A stretch of 64,000 nt of DNA from an uncultured Candidatus Saccharibacteria bacterium (GTDB lineage: Bacteria; Patescibacteriota; WWE3; UBA101185; UBA10185): assembly GCA_964387275.1 (NCBI GenBank), contig CAYLVW010000001.1, positions 291,508-355,507 of the forward strand. Direction: 5' to 3'. Numbering within the stretch: position 1 is the first letter of the stretch; every line of letters begins with the position of its first letter. The notes beneath the pieces were generated by a model. The model did not search any database. It was not told where the DNA came from and saw only the letters and a list, made by a program, of their open reading frames with translations. Positions 61,518-64,000 of the stretch are shown piece by piece. The position numbers and the translations under genes were made by a program.

Positions 61518-61617
61518 ACCTTTTATTTTATCGCACAAAAAAGCTACATTTGCAAAATCTTAAATAATGGCTAAAACTCAATTAGCATTCCGACTAGTTG
61601 TGTTTTTAGCCACTTAC

Positions 61618-61634
61618 TCCTACAATATGTAGTA
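61618..61634. promoter_or_regulatory. BlaI-type operator overlapping the blaI -10 box and start
   Basis: TCCTAC-AATAT-GTAGTA. Confidence 0.7.
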
Positions 61635-62014
61635 TGAATTCAACTCAAATGAGTAATTTAGAACAAGAAGTTATGGCCATTGTCTGGGACTTAAAAGAGG
61701 TAAAGGTTAGAGACGTTATGGAAAAAGTTCAATCAAGGAAAGATTTGGCTTATACAACTATAGCCACGATATTTACCCGACTTGAGCATAAAGGGTTGCT
61801 AACTAGAAGTACTCAGGGAAGTTCTTATTTATATAAGCCTAAGATATCAAAAGAAGTTTATTCAAAATCTATTGCCAAATCTTTTATAGCAAAATTTACA
61901 TCATCTTTTGGAAGTATGGCAATATCTGCGTTTGCTGAATCAATTCACGAATTACCAGAAAGTAAAAGAAAATATTTTCTCGAATTATTAGAGGCTGAAA
62001 AGAATGATATATAG
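61634..62014 (+). CDS. BlaI/MecI/CopY family repressor
   Basis: LEQEVMAIVW, LAYTTIATIFTRLEHKG. Confidence 0.93.
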   Translation: MNSTQMSNLEQEVMAIVWDLKEVKVRDVMEKVQSRKDLAYTTIATIFTRLEHKGLLTRSTQGSSYLYKPKISKEVYSKSIAKSFIAKFTSSFGSMAISAFAESIHELPESKRKYFLELLEAEKNDI

Positions 62015-62990
62015 TAAGTACTTGAAACTACAATTTTCTATTTTTATATTACTGTTAGTGGGAGTAACCTTACTCGTTTCAAAATATTTTACGTTTCTAA
62101 TTCACGAGACTGTCATTTACTGCCAAAAGATTATAAGTCAACCAGATTTAATTATTCGTTCCCCACATTTGTTAGCCACGATAATAATTGGATTAGCTGT
62201 ATTTCATATTATCGTTCTATTTTTCTATAAATTATTCCGTGAGTTTTACATGGTGCGTAATTTTGAAAGAAACATTGAAAGATTAACTTCAGAAGTACTA
62301 ACTGTAACTACAAAGTACAATATTAGTACTAGCTCATTGTGTTTATTTAAGAATGAGGACTTATATGCTTTTTGTTTTGGCGTGATAAATCCAAAAATCT
62401 ATATTTCAACGCAGTTTGTCAACAATTTAGATCAAGAAGAGCTGGAAGCTGTACTATTACATGAATATTACCACATGAAGAAAAGACATAGTGTACTGCG
62501 GGTCTATTCTAAAGCCCTATCTATGCTTTTTCCGTTCTTTCCAATATTATCCGAAATGCATACTCTTATAAAAGAAAAGCAAGAAATATCTGCGGATAAC
62601 TTTGTTGTAAATAAGCTTCAAAGCACTAAACCGCTAGTCAATGTGTTCAAAAAAATAGTTTCAAATAAGTATGTAAGTAATGAATTATTTTTATCAACAA
62701 TCTATGAGGACACAACTATTGAAAATAGGATTAAAAACTTAAAAAATATTAAATTTACTAACCAGAGTTTCAGTCTACCCAAAGTGTTTATCAGTATAAT
62801 TTCCAGTTTAACGATCGTTACATTACTGGCACTACCTGTGAATGCAACAGAGATCCACAACAACGGGCAAGACATTGTTATGATTTGCCTTAACAAAGAT
62901 TGTCAAAGATCTTGTGAGGCTGAGATAACCACATCTTCATATATAAATACCCAAATTATTTCCTATCCATTTACTCCATATATACATTAA
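62004..62990 (+). CDS. M56 (BlaR1-like) membrane metallopeptidase without penicillin-binding domain
   Basis: AFCFG...PKIYIS, HEYYH, EISAD and IENRI motifs. Confidence 0.88.
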   Translation: MIYSKYLKLQFSIFILLLVGVTLLVSKYFTFLIHETVIYCQKIISQPDLIIRSPHLLATIIIGLAVFHIIVLFFYKLFREFYMVRNFERNIERLTSEVLTVTTKYNISTSSLCLFKNEDLYAFCFGVINPKIYISTQFVNNLDQEELEAVLLHEYYHMKKRHSVLRVYSKALSMLFPFFPILSEMHTLIKEKQEISADNFVVNKLQSTKPLVNVFKKIVSNKYVSNELFLSTIYEDTTIENRIKNLKNIKFTNQSFSLPKVFISIISSLTIVTLLALPVNATEIHNNGQDIVMICLNKDCQRSCEAEITTSSYINTQIISYPFTPYIH

Positions 62991-62994
62991 CCCG

Positions 62995-63031
62995 TTGACA
63001 TAAAAACAAGCTCCTACTACACTATGTAGTA
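62995..63031 (+). promoter_or_regulatory. Promoter with BlaI-type operator upstream of the DsbA gene
   Basis: TTGACA-17 nt-TACACT; palindrome TACTAC-ACTAT-GTAGTA at 63015-63031. Confidence 0.78.
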
Positions 63032-63044
63032 TTGTATTTGTTTA

Positions 63045-63842
63045 ATGAAAGAAATTAGCATATTTTGCTATTTAAGCTATATGGAACAAACTAAATCATT
63101 TTTAAAAGAAAATCCTACAATTATCGTAATGCCTTTGGTAATACTATTAATACTGGCATCTTTTGTTATAGGATCCTTATATACTAAGGTAAATTATCTG
63201 GAAAAAGGTGGAACGTTGGTTGGTGCTCAAAATGCGAATCAACCTGCCAAGGCACCTTCTCCTGCGGGTCAACCTCAACCACAGGCTGCAGTTAAGAAAC
63301 CTGAAGTAACTAATACAGATTATTATCGAGGAAATAAAAATGCCAAGGTTACTTTAGTTGAATACTCGGATTTTGAATGTCCTTTTTGTATACGCTTCCA
63401 TCCAACAATGTTACAAGTGATGAAAGAATATGGAGATAAGGTTAAATGGGTATATAGACATTTTCCTCTTTCCTTTCATGCTAACGCTCAAAAAGCAGCA
63501 GAAGCATCTGAGTGTGTCGGTAAATTAGCAGGAAACGATGCTTTCTGGAAATTTGCTGATTTGTATTTCGAACGCACTAAGGGAAATGGAACAGGTTTTG
63601 CATTAGATAAATTAGCCGACCTTGGTGCTGAGGCTGGTGCAAATAAAACTGCGGTACAAAAATGTTTAGATAGCAATGAAATGGCCCAAAAGGTTAAGGA
63701 CCAAATGGCAAAAGGTTCAGAGGAGGGTGTAACAGGAACACCAGGAACTATAATAATTGATGCAAAAGGCGGTACGCAATTGGTTCCAGGTGCGTTACCA
63801 TTCGAACAACTTAAACCAATGCTTGATCAAGCATTAAAGTAA
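63045..63842 (+). CDS. DsbA/BdbD-like thiol-disulfide oxidoreductase (start possibly 63081)
   Basis: EYSDFECPFC, RHFPL and GVTGTP motifs. Confidence 0.93.
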   Translation: MKEISIFCYLSYMEQTKSFLKENPTIIVMPLVILLILASFVIGSLYTKVNYLEKGGTLVGAQNANQPAKAPSPAGQPQPQAAVKKPEVTNTDYYRGNKNAKVTLVEYSDFECPFCIRFHPTMLQVMKEYGDKVKWVYRHFPLSFHANAQKAAEASECVGKLAGNDAFWKFADLYFERTKGNGTGFALDKLADLGAEAGANKTAVQKCLDSNEMAQKVKDQMAKGSEEGVTGTPGTIIIDAKGGTQLVPGALPFEQLKPMLDQALK

Positions 63843-63863
63843 AAGCGATAGGAAAAGTACTGT

Positions 63864-64000
63864 ATGGATCTAGTAACTATATTTATCACAGGATTATTTG
63901 CAGGAGGACTAACTTGTATAGCAGTACAAGGAGGTCTTCTTGCATCGTCGGTTGCAAATCATGAGTCTGACAAATTATCTGATATTGCTAGACGAACAGG
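63864..64000 (+). CDS. DsbD_2/TauE-like membrane protein, 3' truncated by window edge
   Basis: MDLVTIFITGLFAGGLTCIAVQGGLLAS... Confidence 0.75.
   Translation, partial: MDLVTIFITGLFAGGLTCIAVQGGLLASSVANHESDKLSDIARRT

Larger units (their letters stand above)
46077..64000. mobile_element. Putative tRNA-integrated element (repressor, MTases, terminase, metal/redox cargo); right end not visible
   Basis: att-like fragment followed by LexA-like, ParB-MTase, MTase, TerS-like and TerL genes; inclusion of the cargo genes is inferred. Confidence 0.6.

Noticed and set aside
46077-64000. Complete prophage, retron or DGR
   Set aside because: No capsid, portal, tail, lysis or reverse transcriptase genes are visible in the window.

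Overview
AT-rich bacterial window whose gene content and style suggest a CPR/Patescibacteria genome, probably the WWE3/Microgenomates group (inference). Positions 1-46,000 are chromosomal. They hold four tRNAs (Thr-CGT, Gly-CCC, Asp-GTC, Lys-TTT), polX, lemA-htpX, gatC-gatA-aspS-orf-gatB, a polA lacking its 5' nuclease domain, a Clp ATPase, rplS and tmk, plus many ORFans and Pro/Thr-stalked surface proteins. Two surface systems stand out: a protein carrying its own LPETG motif in front of a sortase domain, and a translationally coupled pair of a dockerin-bearing glycoside hydrolase and a cohesin/CBM protein. From about 46,077 to the window end lies a probable integrated element whose left edge is a tRNA-like 3' fragment. 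It carries a three-gene operon (including a 39-aa ORF missed by the ORF track), a LexA-like repressor, two DNA methyltransferases, and TerS/TerL-like genes with no portal, capsid or tail gene in view. It also carries two switch-like structured leader RNAs and copper/redox cargo: CopA, CopZ, a DsbD_2-cupredoxin protein, a two-component system, and BlaI-M56-DsbA with visible operators. All family assignments come from motif recognition by eye; no database searches were run.
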